A DNA stretch of 64,000 bases. Origin: Candidatus Anderseniibacteriota bacterium. GTDB taxonomy: Bacteria > Patescibacteriota > Andersenbacteria > UBA10190. Under the pieces are notes generated by a model. That model saw only the letters and a program-made list of their open reading frames with translations. It ran no database searches and had not been told where the DNA came from. The position numbers and the translations under genes are program-made. The stretch spans positions 23,414 to 87,413 of the forward strand of contig JBBDOX010000016.1 in assembly GCA_040876835.1 (NCBI GenBank), in the 5' to 3' direction. Position 1 is the stretch's first letter, and each line of letters opens with the position of its first letter. Below, in pieces: positions 9,043 through 18,083 of this stretch.

Positions 9043-9741
9043 TTAGAACAGGACGACATTCTCCAGTTTCAATTCAATGAACTGATGAATTTTGCCACCA
9101 AAGTCAAAGATTAGTTTCTTCGGGAATGGCGGGCTTGTTAGCCCCTGGGCCTGACTTCTTCCACTAATATCTTGTGATTGAGTGGCATCGCCAGTAGCAC
9201 CCCAGCTCTTCTGGTGAACTTGACCCTCGACGTTTGTCTTAGTCTCATCCACTCGAGCTCCTTGCCATACGCCGGCAAACTGTTCCTGGTCAATTGGTTT
9301 ACCTGCCCACATAGTCTGCCCTTGCCAGGCAGTCCCAGTTGTAGTGGCAGTTGTCCAAGAAGGCCATTTGTTTTTCTCCCAGACAACAGCAGAACCTGTC
9401 GTTGTTTTCTGTTCCTGGTTTGCCTTCTTTGCTGCAGCGGATTCTTCACTTTGCGTGGCTACTGTTTTGCTTACAGCATCAGCCTGGTCGCCAAACCAGA
9501 CACCTGTTTGTGTTACAGCACTCTGCTGTAGTTTCACAGGCTGGGTATAATGCGACGTGAAGGACTGAGATTGCTTAGTGCTTACGCTTGTCCAGGCTGC
9601 TCCCTGATTAGGGGGAGGCACAACCGGACAGGCTAAGGCAGATGAAGCAGCGAAAAGCCCAACCACAGCCAAAGCAGTGAAAAATCCAAATGTGTACGTG
9701 AATTTCATATATGTCTCACCTCCTTCCTTACAGGAGTGCAA
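9043..9741 (-). CDS. hypothetical secreted protein (Trp/Thr/Gln-rich)
   Basis: 232 aa. The signal peptide probably begins at the internal Met (MKFTYTFGFF, about position 9708). No recognisable family. Confidence 0.45.
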   Translation of the reverse strand: MHSCKEGGETYMKFTYTFGFFTALAVVGLFAASSALACPVVPPPNQGAAWTSVSTKQSQSFTSHYTQPVKLQQSAVTQTGVWFGDQADAVSKTVATQSEESAAAKKANQEQKTTTGSAVVWEKNKWPSWTTATTTGTAWQGQTMWAGKPIDQEQFAGVWQGARVDETKTNVEGQVHQKSWGATGDATQSQDISGRSQAQGLTSPPFPKKLIFDFGGKIHQFIELKLENVVLF

Positions 9742-9840
9742 AGAGATGCAGTGATAGTCAATACAATTTCGAGGTAATTCACAGCGCTATGTAGCAATAA
9801 GAGAGACGGCGTGTCAGAGATGACTGACACGGAAGTTCAC

Positions 9841-10701
9841 TTAGAGAGAAGTGATTCGACGCAAGCCCACAACTCCAGTAGCAATCGAGAGGAGACTTCC
9901 AATAGCGGCTAGACCAGCTCCAGTTTTAGCAGTTACAGGTACGGCAACTGATTGCGCGCCCTGTACCTGCGGAGCAGAAGAAACCGAAACAGCCGCCTGG
10001 GAGTCTATGGCCGGACCTATAGTAAACACCGTGGTTGAATCAACTGCACTGGCGCGCACACCGGGCCCGTTAATAGTTGCTGAAGCATGAAGCGTAAAGT
10101 CATTCGGCGCCTCTGCTTCCACTGTCCCGCTCACTGTAAAGGTCACCTCAGAACGCGCGGAAATATTCTGGTTGCGCCAGGTGATAGTACGGTCAGCAGG
10201 ATTACTCGATTGCGACTGGGGGGTGGCGTCGAACGGAACCACAAATTCCGGTACGCGAGCCGTGATACTGATTTCAGAGAAATCCTCATCGGAATCGTTT
10301 CTAGCCACTATGCGATAGGTTAATGTCTCCCCGGGACGCACGACTGCTCGATCGTCAGTAATGAGAAAGGTTAATCGGTCATTAGACGCTCGTACCGGAA
10401 TAGGTGTTGGTTTAGGAGTAGGATCAGGCACAGGCGTTGGTGTAGGACCAATAGCAACTATGTTATTCTGCGTCACGCTGTTGATGATCTGTCCACCGGG
10501 GGCGGCTGTCTGCGGACCAAAGTTGGTGACGTTTTGTTGGTTCACTTCTTCGGGAACCCGCGTGTTATCAGTTTGAGCTACTGTTGTTGGGGTAGCTTCA
10601 GATGGTACGGTTGTCTGAGTAGCAAATACACTGAACGGAAGAGTAGTCAGCATCACTACAATACTCATTTTGACAGTTCGCACGAAGTGTTTTGAAGTCA
10701 T
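9841..10701 (-). CDS. cell-surface protein with a DUF11-like repeat domain and a C-terminal hydrophobic anchor
   Basis: 286 aa with a signal peptide and a PTPTPVPDPTPKPTPIP linker. The block TLTYRIVARNDS..ISITA resembles the DUF11 conserved repeat. The C-terminus ends in a hydrophobic segment followed by RRITSL, which looks like a sorting signal. Confidence 0.5.
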   Translation of the reverse strand: MTSKHFVRTVKMSIVVMLTTLPFSVFATQTTVPSEATPTTVAQTDNTRVPEEVNQQNVTNFGPQTAAPGGQIINSVTQNNIVAIGPTPTPVPDPTPKPTPIPVRASNDRLTFLITDDRAVVRPGETLTYRIVARNDSDEDFSEISITARVPEFVVPFDATPQSQSSNPADRTITWRNQNISARSEVTFTVSGTVEAEAPNDFTLHASATINGPGVRASAVDSTTVFTIGPAIDSQAAVSVSSAPQVQGAQSVAVPVTAKTGAGLAAIGSLLSIATGVVGLRRITSL

Positions 10702-10863
10702 AGGTAGCTATCAATAAAATGAATAACAGGTCATAGTGTCACCTATGCTTAGACGTGTCAATGCTCGTAAGCTGCATATTCCAAAAGACTCGTCAGGATG
10801 AACTGACAGCGAATCAACTATTACGCCCAATCTTGTCCTCCTCTTGTCAAGGAGTATCAGGTG

Positions 10864-11097
10864 CTACTCTTTTCTTTTCGTGGGACTGCTTGTGGGAAAG
10901 ACGATCTTCTGTTTAGCTACAGCGAAGATGTAGATAAGCTCCAGAATCCCAAGGGTGTTGATAATCAGTAATGCTACAAACCAACCCTTCTCTTTTCGTT
11001 GAGCCGCAGTCCATAAGGCAATGCCTTTGAGAACTAACGACCAGGCAGCAATAAGCAGCAGCAAAAGTGGAACTTGGATCCAGTCGGGATAAAACAT
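10864..11097 (-). CDS. small membrane protein (two transmembrane helices)
   Basis: 77 aa with host-like codon usage and two hydrophobic helices. Confidence 0.45.
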   Translation of the reverse strand: MFYPDWIQVPLLLLLIAAWSLVLKGIALWTAAQRKEKGWFVALLIINTLGILELIYIFAVAKQKIVFPTSSPTKRKE

Positions 11098-11164
11098 AAG
11101 GTCGTATATAGTATAGCCACTATACCGGACAATGCCTAGACACCCTTGCTACAGACATGCGAGT

Positions 11165-11854
11165 TTACAGAAGGATCTGAATATCGCCCTGGGCCCGGAG
11201 ATCTTCCAGTAGTGTGGTGATCTGCTGCTGACGCTTTTGTTGCTGGAGTTGTTGTTCAATTACTGGCCGTATTTCATCAAGATTGACCCCCTCTTGCCCT
11301 TCTAGTTGCGGGGCAACTAAATCAAGCTGCATCTGGACTTCTTCAGCGGTTACTTCGATGCTGTCAGCCGGTATCTTTCGCTCGAGGTACGTTTGAATAA
11401 CACTACCGCGCGTAACAGCTTCCCGTAGATCCTCCTCAGTCATTTGAGCTGCGGCTAGTTCACTCTGGAAGGCTTCGGTAGTCTCAAATTGTCCAGTCAC
11501 CTGATCAAGTTGCTGTTGAATCAGCTCCTCATTAGCTGTTATTCCCTCGGCTTCAGCTTGTTGGAATAGGAGCTCTTCGGCAATTAACCCATCCAGAACT
11601 TGCTGCTCAAGCTGGCCCGCTTCCACTTCTTCCGCCTGATTCGCTTGGGCTTGTCCTAGACTGGCCTCAAAGGTCTTTCTGGAAATCTCCACTCCGTTAA
11701 CCACAGCTACGGCTCCGGAAGAGTCGTTAGGTCCACTCTGGGGATTATTCTTGGCGAAATACGCCACTGCTGCCAGTAGGGCAATACCAACAAGGCCAAT
11801 AATCCACTTTCTTTTTCCTGAAGCGCTGGAGGGCGTACTCTGCTCGTCGTTCAT
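11165..11854 (-). CDS. SurA N-terminal-domain-like periplasmic chaperone, membrane anchored
   Basis: 229 aa with an N-terminal transmembrane helix. The VAVVNGVEISRKTFE block is typical of the SurA_N/PpiD N-terminal domain. The protein is acidic and Gln-rich. Confidence 0.5.
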   Translation of the reverse strand: MNDEQSTPSSASGKRKWIIGLVGIALLAAVAYFAKNNPQSGPNDSSGAVAVVNGVEISRKTFEASLGQAQANQAEEVEAGQLEQQVLDGLIAEELLFQQAEAEGITANEELIQQQLDQVTGQFETTEAFQSELAAAQMTEEDLREAVTRGSVIQTYLERKIPADSIEVTAEEVQMQLDLVAPQLEGQEGVNLDEIRPVIEQQLQQQKRQQQITTLLEDLRAQGDIQILL

Positions 11855-11933
11855 AGTATGAAAACCTTAGTAATTACAGTACTCAAGCCTACCAGTTTTC
11901 CCAGGATATCGAAAGATAACGTTTGTATGATCC

Positions 11934-12611
11934 CTATCCCGCAGGTTTTCGGGCCAGAAGACTTACTGTGACATTGCGCATAGGGCTCCCATCTTCTCTG
12001 GTGGCATTGTATTGTCGTTCCTCTTCTTTGTATTCCAGAATTTCCCAACCATTGTAAAGTTGTCGCAGTGCATCAACGTCGGGGTAGAAATTAACGGTGT
12101 CAGGATTGTTTCTATAAAAGTCCCCCTCTTTCGTAACTGCTACAATAGCATTTAGGCCCTCAGTCCTGGTTTGTTGCTTAATTTGTTCAATGAAAACTAG
12201 TGCACCATCTTCTGGAAGATGATGCAACATAAGTGCGCTAACAATTGCTTCATATGTTTCGTTAAGCGGTACATCTTTTGTGTCACCAAGGATTGTCTGT
12301 ATCGGCAGTTTTTCTGTCTCGGCCGTTGCCTGTATTTTGCTAATACCTTTCGGGGAGGGATCAATGGCAGTAACTTCAAACCCATTCCGGGCAAGAACTA
12401 AACTATTTCGCCCTTCGCCGGCACCAATGTCCAGTGCCCTGCCGCCAGCCATCAAAACAGGGATTTTTTCCACAATTGCTTCCGGTTCTCCTTCCGCAAA
12501 AGCCGCTCCTTCTTTGGAGTAAAGCTGATCATAGAATTGAACCAGCTTCTCTTTATCGTCTTTTGGTTTTTCAAAATGTGGATTTTCGATACTCATCCTA
12601 ACAATTGTCAA
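11934..12611 (-). CDS. class I SAM-dependent methyltransferase (TehB-like)
   Basis: 225 aa with SAM-binding motif I (LDIGAGEGRNS) and an acidic motif II. Confidence 0.7.
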   Translation of the reverse strand: MTIVRMSIENPHFEKPKDDKEKLVQFYDQLYSKEGAAFAEGEPEAIVEKIPVLMAGGRALDIGAGEGRNSLVLARNGFEVTAIDPSPKGISKIQATAETEKLPIQTILGDTKDVPLNETYEAIVSALMLHHLPEDGALVFIEQIKQQTRTEGLNAIVAVTKEGDFYRNNPDTVNFYPDVDALRQLYNGWEILEYKEEERQYNATREDGSPMRNVTVSLLARKPAG

Positions 12612-12848
12612 AAAAAGCTAGAAATAGTCAATCGAGATTGGTGATGCATACACACATATGGAGGTTTTCACTTCGAGCCTTACAGGCTATCGAGCTATTG
12701 ACACCAAGTTGACGTAAGCTGTAAACTATCGTGCTCTTTGATGTTGGTGATATGGATACTGTAACAGCGCCTATACCACCCATCTCAATGCGAGAAGGTC
12801 CGATTCCAGACGGATTTCTGGTGTGTTCTTTTCTGAAGGAAGGCGGAC

Positions 12849-13271
12849 ATGGAGCTGACCGTTAAGGTGGCAACACCCCAAGGCGTTCTCACTTTTTCAT
12901 GTGAAGCTCACCACACTGCAGCAGAGGATGAGAGGCTCATCGAGGTGGAGTTTTACAAGAAAAACTCTGTCTCCCACACCGTCCCCGAAGGAGACCACTA
13001 CGAGCTTGAGCTCACGACGCCAGTGTGGGAGACTATCACTGATTCCCGCAACCATGTTCATCAGAATTCGCAGACAGGCAGACGATTCGTCTGCGTGACG
13101 AACAGCGTACCCACGCCGGCGGCAGCGAAGAAAATCTTCGAGATCTGGTGTTTGGCCATCGCTCACACCATCAGCACGGAGGAAGACCTGTTTCCCCTCC
13201 TGAATGCGAATGACCTCCACAGCTTCGAGGAGAAACTTCAGCTGAACGGCATCGAACTCGTGGAAGCGTGA
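12849..13271 (+). CDS. hypothetical protein, GC3-rich orphan
   Basis: 140 aa with a strong G/C third-position bias unlike its neighbours. It has its own RBS (GAAGGAAGG) and an upstream TTGACA-N18-TAAACT promoter-like site. No family recognised. An antisense ORF at 12897..13304 was judged an artefact. Confidence 0.45.
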   Translation: MELTVKVATPQGVLTFSCEAHHTAAEDERLIEVEFYKKNSVSHTVPEGDHYELELTTPVWETITDSRNHVHQNSQTGRRFVCVTNSVPTPAAAKKIFEIWCLAIAHTISTEEDLFPLLNANDLHSFEEKLQLNGIELVEA

Positions 13272-13337
13272 CAGCGTCCTGACGTAAAAATCTAGAAGAT
13301 TCAATCACGACCACGCGCTCGCCCGTGTGGTTTTTCT

Positions 13338-14105
13338 TTACGGGAAAAAGATCAACTTAATACTGGAAAGTATGATAATGACTGCAAATACCCACTTCAC
13401 TATCTGATTTCCGGCCTTTAAGGCTGTGTGTGCTCCGGCATAGCCTCCGATAGCAGCTCCAATAAGGAGCGGAATGCCTACCGAAAAGTTAACTGCTCCA
13501 TGAAGAATGTAAGAGATGAGGGCGGTAGTGGTAACAACAAGCCACATAACATTGCCAGTAGCGTTGGCTTGAATGATTGTCATTCCAAAAAAATGAACAA
13601 GAACATATGTGAGAAATATTCCTGTACCGCCTCCGAATGCTGCCCCGTAAATCATTATAAAAAACTGGAGAATGAACCCGGTTATGGTATGTCCCTTCCT
13701 GCGTTCCGTTTGAACCATCCCGAAATTCTTTTTCCAGAACAGTAGAGGCAGCATTAACAGCAGAAGAATACCAACTGTAACAGTAAGTACTCGCTCATTG
13801 ATCTCGAGTAGTATCTTCGACCCCACAATACCCCCAATGACTGCTAGGACAACGAAGTATGGAATATATTTCCAAAGGATTACGTTGTTCTTACGGTATT
13901 TTGCGAAGGCTGTAATCCCTCCGCTCAAAGCACTTAGGCGAGTTGTCGCAATTGAGGCACCGGGAGTTAACCCCATGAAAATAAGGGCGGGGATGGAAAT
14001 CAGCCCGCCTCCAGTTGATAGAGCCCCGATAAAGCCCGAAGCTATCCCTACCCAGAACGACAATACACTAATTGCGAATTCACTCATGGGATCTTTATAC
14101 ACCAA
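13338..14105 (-). CDS. sulfite exporter TauE/SafE family membrane protein
   Basis: 255 aa with about eight transmembrane helices and the duplicated TauE architecture (GGGLISIPAL repeat). Confidence 0.7.
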   Translation of the reverse strand: MVYKDPMSEFAISVLSFWVGIASGFIGALSTGGGLISIPALIFMGLTPGASIATTRLSALSGGITAFAKYRKNNVILWKYIPYFVVLAVIGGIVGSKILLEINERVLTVTVGILLLLMLPLLFWKKNFGMVQTERRKGHTITGFILQFFIMIYGAAFGGGTGIFLTYVLVHFFGMTIIQANATGNVMWLVVTTTALISYILHGAVNFSVGIPLLIGAAIGGYAGAHTALKAGNQIVKWVFAVIIILSSIKLIFFP

Positions 14106-14279
14106 CTTAACCAGGACAGGACAATTGATATTGCATGCTGCAAGTGCCGAGGTATGCTCACCATCTCAAACCTGAAATGTTCAGAGCTAAGAAGTGAAGG
14201 CGAGATTTAATATTGGTACTCGCCCTTGACCATCTCTAGTTGTCACCCCTTGGAGCCGAAAGAGCGGCTGGCAGTTTTC

Positions 14280-14696
14280 TTACTGTCGAGTCCCCTCCAT
14301 GCGATAAGAGTAAAGGTCGTCGGATGGCCAATGCTTGTACTGCTGGAAGAGGTCCACGTCCAGATCGCGGTAAGTGTCGGGCAGAGGCTGTCTCTTTGTG
14401 TGAAGCGCCCGGACCATTTCCTTGACCCAGAGCCGCAAGATCTTGAGACCAGCCTCAACATCGCTCATCCACGCTGGGGAGTCCGCATAGATTTCCTTGG
14501 TCTGAGCGTAGGCAAGCCGCTGGAGAGTGGGGTGGGAGTAAGCTGACATCATGTAGAGGATCTCCCAGTTGCTGTTGAGGGCTCGCAGATAAGCAAGAAG
14601 ATGCTTCCCCTGCTCGGCCTGCTTCTCCATCTCGTCCTTGGAAGTGGGGCACATCCTCAGACCTTCTTCGTCGCTAACAAGGTGGTTGGATTTCAT
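14280..14696 (-). CDS. hypothetical protein, GC3-rich orphan
   Basis: 138 aa with coding-like G/C-ending codons and no recognisable family. The antisense ORF at 14226..14546 was rejected. Confidence 0.45.
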   Translation of the reverse strand: MKSNHLVSDEEGLRMCPTSKDEMEKQAEQGKHLLAYLRALNSNWEILYMMSAYSHPTLQRLAYAQTKEIYADSPAWMSDVEAGLKILRLWVKEMVRALHTKRQPLPDTYRDLDVDLFQQYKHWPSDDLYSYRMEGTRQ

Positions 14697-15096
14697 ACTG
14701 TCTTCCTTGTGAAAGAAACATCAAAATCTGCCAGAGTCCTAAACGCAAACTTCTTTCCGTGTAGTCACTGGCAAATATAGAAGTTGGCTAACTGTTTCTA
14801 CTTGCCCATGTATGGCGCTTGAGTTTCATAGAGTGCCCGAACGTTAGAGAGTACCGCCCCGCTCAACCTATTCTTATCTTAACGACATAAAGTACGCTGT
14901 ATTAATTAATATGTCAAGATTAATTTTCGTGAATCAAATAATCTCAGCGACACTTTTTAGCATTACAAAGACATTATTTAATTAAAATGCGCCGCTTAGT
15001 TAAGAACCTGTAAAATTACCCCTTATAAAATGCGACTATAAGGCTTTAAAACTCAGTCTACCTACCTTCAAGTACCAAATTTATAGCATCTAATGC

Positions 15097-15762
15097 CTAA
15101 TACTCCCGACTTTCGCCAGGCTCAATAGCGTCGAGTTTAATTCCTTCTTCGCCTAATATCTTTGTTGGGTAGTTATAAATCCACTGGCGAGGGTTAAGCA
15201 TCCCATCATGAACAGGTATACAAACTTCTGGCTTGATTTCCGTTGCCCAATCAATAGCCTCACCCAGCTTCATCCACGGACCAATCATTGGCATTGCCAA
15301 AATCTGCACAGCAACGCCAGGATTTGTGAGCGCGTCTCCAGGATAGAAGAATTTATTTTCAAACAAATATCCCGTGTTCATAACAACTGGCATTTTTGAA
15401 TGAATCTCGGCATGGTCGGTGCCAAAAGCGGCCAGCTCAAAGCCTTCTATAGTTTCCTTTTGTTGGTCTTCCAAGAGTTTCGAGGGGATGCTTTCTGCTT
15501 CCAACAGCTTTCCAACGGCCCCATTGGTCACGATTGTCGCATCCTGGTTATTTTTGAGAACCTGTTTGAGTGACTCCAAGTGGAAGTGGTCGGCGTGTTC
15601 GTGGGTGATAACAATTAAATCTATTCCAGTAATCTGGTTTTGCTCAGTAGTCCAAGCACCTGGGTCGGTAAGGATTCTCTTGCCCTTGTCTTCAATAACT
15701 AAACAGCAGTGACCAAGTTTTGTGATTTTCATACTTACAGCTTGCGGTAGTAATTTCTCCAA
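15097..15762 (-). CDS. MBL-fold metallo-hydrolase
   Basis: 221 aa with the HxHxDH motif (THEHADHF). Coding GC is about 45%, lower than the host. Confidence 0.75.
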   Translation of the reverse strand: MEKLLPQAVSMKITKLGHCCLVIEDKGKRILTDPGAWTTEQNQITGIDLIVITHEHADHFHLESLKQVLKNNQDATIVTNGAVGKLLEAESIPSKLLEDQQKETIEGFELAAFGTDHAEIHSKMPVVMNTGYLFENKFFYPGDALTNPGVAVQILAMPMIGPWMKLGEAIDWATEIKPEVCIPVHDGMLNPRQWIYNYPTKILGEEGIKLDAIEPGESREY

Positions 15763-15912
15763 TGCAATTATTTCGCTTTAAGTGTTTTGAGATTAGTTCC
15801 CGTTAAGCGAAGTATTTCGAACTGAGTATTTGGACCACACAATGGACATGGCTCAGCAGATCAAACTATTTGAGCAGGCTTTTGGGCAAACGATGGTGCC
15901 TCCCTTCAGTTA

Positions 15913-15943
15913 GTAAAAACCGCTACAGTTATTACCGTAGCGG
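15913..15943 (-). terminator. rho-independent terminator downstream of the 434-aa orphan gene
   Basis: On the minus strand CGCTAC, a 10-nt loop, GTAGCG, then TTTTT. Confidence 0.55.
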
Positions 15944-16004
15944 GAGCAGGTGGGGCTGCTCAGGCCGTAAAGAGCACTACTGGCGGGTGATGATGAGCGG
16001 AGGC

Positions 16005-17309
16005 TCACACGGCCATCGCTCTCTGGATTTCCTGGTACAGGATGTCTACCTGAATCAGGAGATTCATGAAAAGCTTGGCGAGGGTGTCGATCTGCGATTC
16101 TCCGCCGTTGATCGGATAGGCCAACGGGCATCCGTAGCCAGCGGCGGGCAAGCTTGACCCCACCAGGCGCAGCTCCTTCTGGATTTCGGTGAGTTGTCCC
16201 GTGACGGCCCTGTTCAGCTCCAGCGTCCCATCAGAATCCTTTACGAAATCTCTGATGTATCCGCCAGTAATTCCGAGAGGGCCGATCACCATGGGTGGGA
16301 ATGAAGCAGCCATCTGCGTGGGCAGGTGCTGCTTCACCGCTTCTGCCGCCAGGAGAATCGGGTCGCCGAAACGATCAATCCTCTCGGCAGTCAGCATGGC
16401 GATGCTGAACATCAGTGTCGAGATTCCTTCGCGGAAAGCCCGGAGCGGGGTCAATGGCTTATAGTCGCTAGCTGCTCGCGCCAGATGGCTAACCATCATC
16501 AGGTATTGTTGACTGATCCGGTGACTTTCGTCAGCCAGTCCCTCGGCCCAGTCCGACAGCAGCGTTGCGGTGATCATGAGCTTGATGGCAAATTCCTTGC
16601 CGTATGCACCCACCATCACCTGGAGGAAGTCAAAGATGTGCCTCCCTTTTTCCGTTTTAGGATCGTCATATCTTCGAATGACCACGCTGCGTCCGAGCGA
16701 AGTCGTGTCCCAAAGGAACCGAGAAAGTCGCTCTACCAACTCAACCCCGGCGAACTTCTGTGATTTGCCTGCCAGGATGTGGTCAGCGTTGAGCTCTACC
16801 AGTCGGGCCCAGCTGGCAAGGCAGTAGATGCTCTCCGAATCTTCCTTCTGGATGGCACCCAACAGCGGCTTAAGGTCGTCAGGCAGCGCAGCGAAGTACT
16901 CATCCAGCGGCGCCTCGGGCATTACGGTCCCGCGCTGCCAGGATTCATACAAACGTTCCTGATCTTCGAGTTGCCGCATGCCTTCGTTGATTGACGGGAC
17001 GTCATCAAGATCAGAGAGCTGATTTTCCAACAACTCGGTGATTGCCCTGCGGTGGTGCAGGTGCTGAGCGACGCTTCCAGCTCCGTAGATCACTGCCTGG
17101 ATCCTGTCCCGCGGAATCTTGGACTCGCGGTACAATCGGCTGGGATTTGGCAGCAAGCGCAGAGGCCGTGCCGCACCCAGGAGCATTTGCATGAAGCATT
17201 CTTGATCACTCCACTGAGCGTGGAAGATTTCTTCAAACCGATGCATCATCGACCCAAACGCTTCATGTACCTGCTTGATGTGTTCGACGGCTTCCGTCTT
17301 GCTACGCAT
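16005..17309 (-). CDS. hypothetical 434-aa soluble protein, GC3-rich orphan
   Basis: A long ORF at about 57% GC with strongly G/C-ending codons. It has its own RBS (GAGAGGAAAATA ATG) and its own terminator. No transmembrane helix and no motif I can assign. Confidence 0.55.
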   Translation of the reverse strand: MRSKTEAVEHIKQVHEAFGSMMHRFEEIFHAQWSDQECFMQMLLGAARPLRLLPNPSRLYRESKIPRDRIQAVIYGAGSVAQHLHHRRAITELLENQLSDLDDVPSINEGMRQLEDQERLYESWQRGTVMPEAPLDEYFAALPDDLKPLLGAIQKEDSESIYCLASWARLVELNADHILAGKSQKFAGVELVERLSRFLWDTTSLGRSVVIRRYDDPKTEKGRHIFDFLQVMVGAYGKEFAIKLMITATLLSDWAEGLADESHRISQQYLMMVSHLARAASDYKPLTPLRAFREGISTLMFSIAMLTAERIDRFGDPILLAAEAVKQHLPTQMAASFPPMVIGPLGITGGYIRDFVKDSDGTLELNRAVTGQLTEIQKELRLVGSSLPAAGYGCPLAYPINGGESQIDTLAKLFMNLLIQVDILYQEIQRAMAV

Positions 17310-17432
17310 TATTTTCCTCTCTTGAGTTTGTGAAAGTTCCTGGTTTCGTCCTCATGGACTCATCAGTGGGAATTCATCCCAGACCAGTGGCAAAGATTTT
17401 ACTGTAGGTACTCTCCCTTAGCCTTTTGTGAA

Positions 17433-17680
17433 CTAGCTCTTGTCGTGGATGTGATACACCTCGTCGCGGGTCTTCATCACCTCCGGGACGACCGTGACCA
17501 ACTCCTCTTCGCTAGAAAAGTACGGACCAAGATGCTGTAGTGGGGCGACGACTCGTCTTCGAAGTGATAACCGCTGGATTTGTACTCCAGCCCCAACATT
17601 TCGGCGGCCTGCCCTTCGCTGTGGCCAGAGGACAGGGCCTCGCAACGTTTCCGATTCAGAGCATGCAAGATCATCCACAA
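17433..17680 (-). pseudogene. small GC-rich ORF pair in two overlapping frames; possibly a frameshifted small HTH-like regulator
   Basis: Frame A gives MILHALNRKRCEALSSGHSEGQAAEMLGLEYKSS. (67 aa, ATG after AGGAG). Frame B is a GTG-started 81-aa ORF whose C-terminal part, .EEELVTVVPEVMKTRDEVYHIHDKS, looks protein-like. The pattern is consistent with one gene carrying a +1/-1 frameshift. Confidence 0.3.
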
Positions 17681-17925
17681 GATTCTCCTTCTAAAGGTGC
17701 GGGTAGTTCAGTCGTACGCTATCCAACTAAGATGGGTTGTACATTGACTCATAAAATAAATAATGTCAATGGTTGTGCTGGAGCCAGCCTATTTTTAACT
17801 TAACAATGCCATTTGTTAGTGCAGCTTAAAGGTAGCTCAGTAAGGACTCATCCTCATTCGTCGCTTTGCGGTGTAGTAGTATGTACATGATACGCCCCTA
17901 CTCTCCCTTTAACATCAAAGTAATG

Positions 17926-17952
17926 AAAGCAAAACAGGCATTTAAAGCCTGC
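17926..17952 (-). terminator. terminator downstream of tRNA-Gln
   Basis: On the minus strand CAGGC, loop TTTAAAT, GCCTG, then TTTTGCTTTC. Confidence 0.5.
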
Positions 17953-17968
17953 TTTAACTTTCTACTCT

Positions 17969-18042
17969 TGGTTCCCGGGCTTGGATTCGAACCAAAATTC
18001 TCACTTCCAAAGAGTGATGTCCTGCCATTAGACGACCCGGGA
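17969..18042 (-). tRNA. tRNA-Gln (anticodon UUG), CCA encoded
   Basis: The manual fold has a 7-bp acceptor stem (TCCCGGG/CCCGGGA). The D-arm is GTC..GAC. The anticodon stem is TCACT/AGTGA with loop CTTTGGA. The T-arm is TTTGG-TTCGAAT-CCAAG, the discriminator is A, and CCA follows. Confidence 0.85.
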
Positions 18043-18083
18043 ATGTACGTTGAGAATACTGAAAATTAGCAGTTTTGCAACTA

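Noticed and set aside
12612-12848. Direct repeat of the tRNA-Gln 3-prime end that would delimit an integrated element
   Set aside because: I looked for a copy of TTGGTTCCCGGGCTTGGATTCGAACC at the far side of the island and found none, and no integrase gene is present. I therefore did not call a mobile element.
12897-13304. 135-aa antisense ORF overlapping the 12849..13271 gene
   Set aside because: GC-rich DNA generates long antisense frames. The plus frame has the clear G/C-at-third-position periodicity plus an RBS and promoter-like boxes, and the minus frame lacks an RBS. I kept only the plus-strand call, at modest confidence.
14226-14546. 106-aa plus-strand ORF overlapping the 14280..14696 gene
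   Set aside because: The minus-strand frame shows the coding codon periodicity and runs to a proper stop. The plus frame is the mirror artefact.
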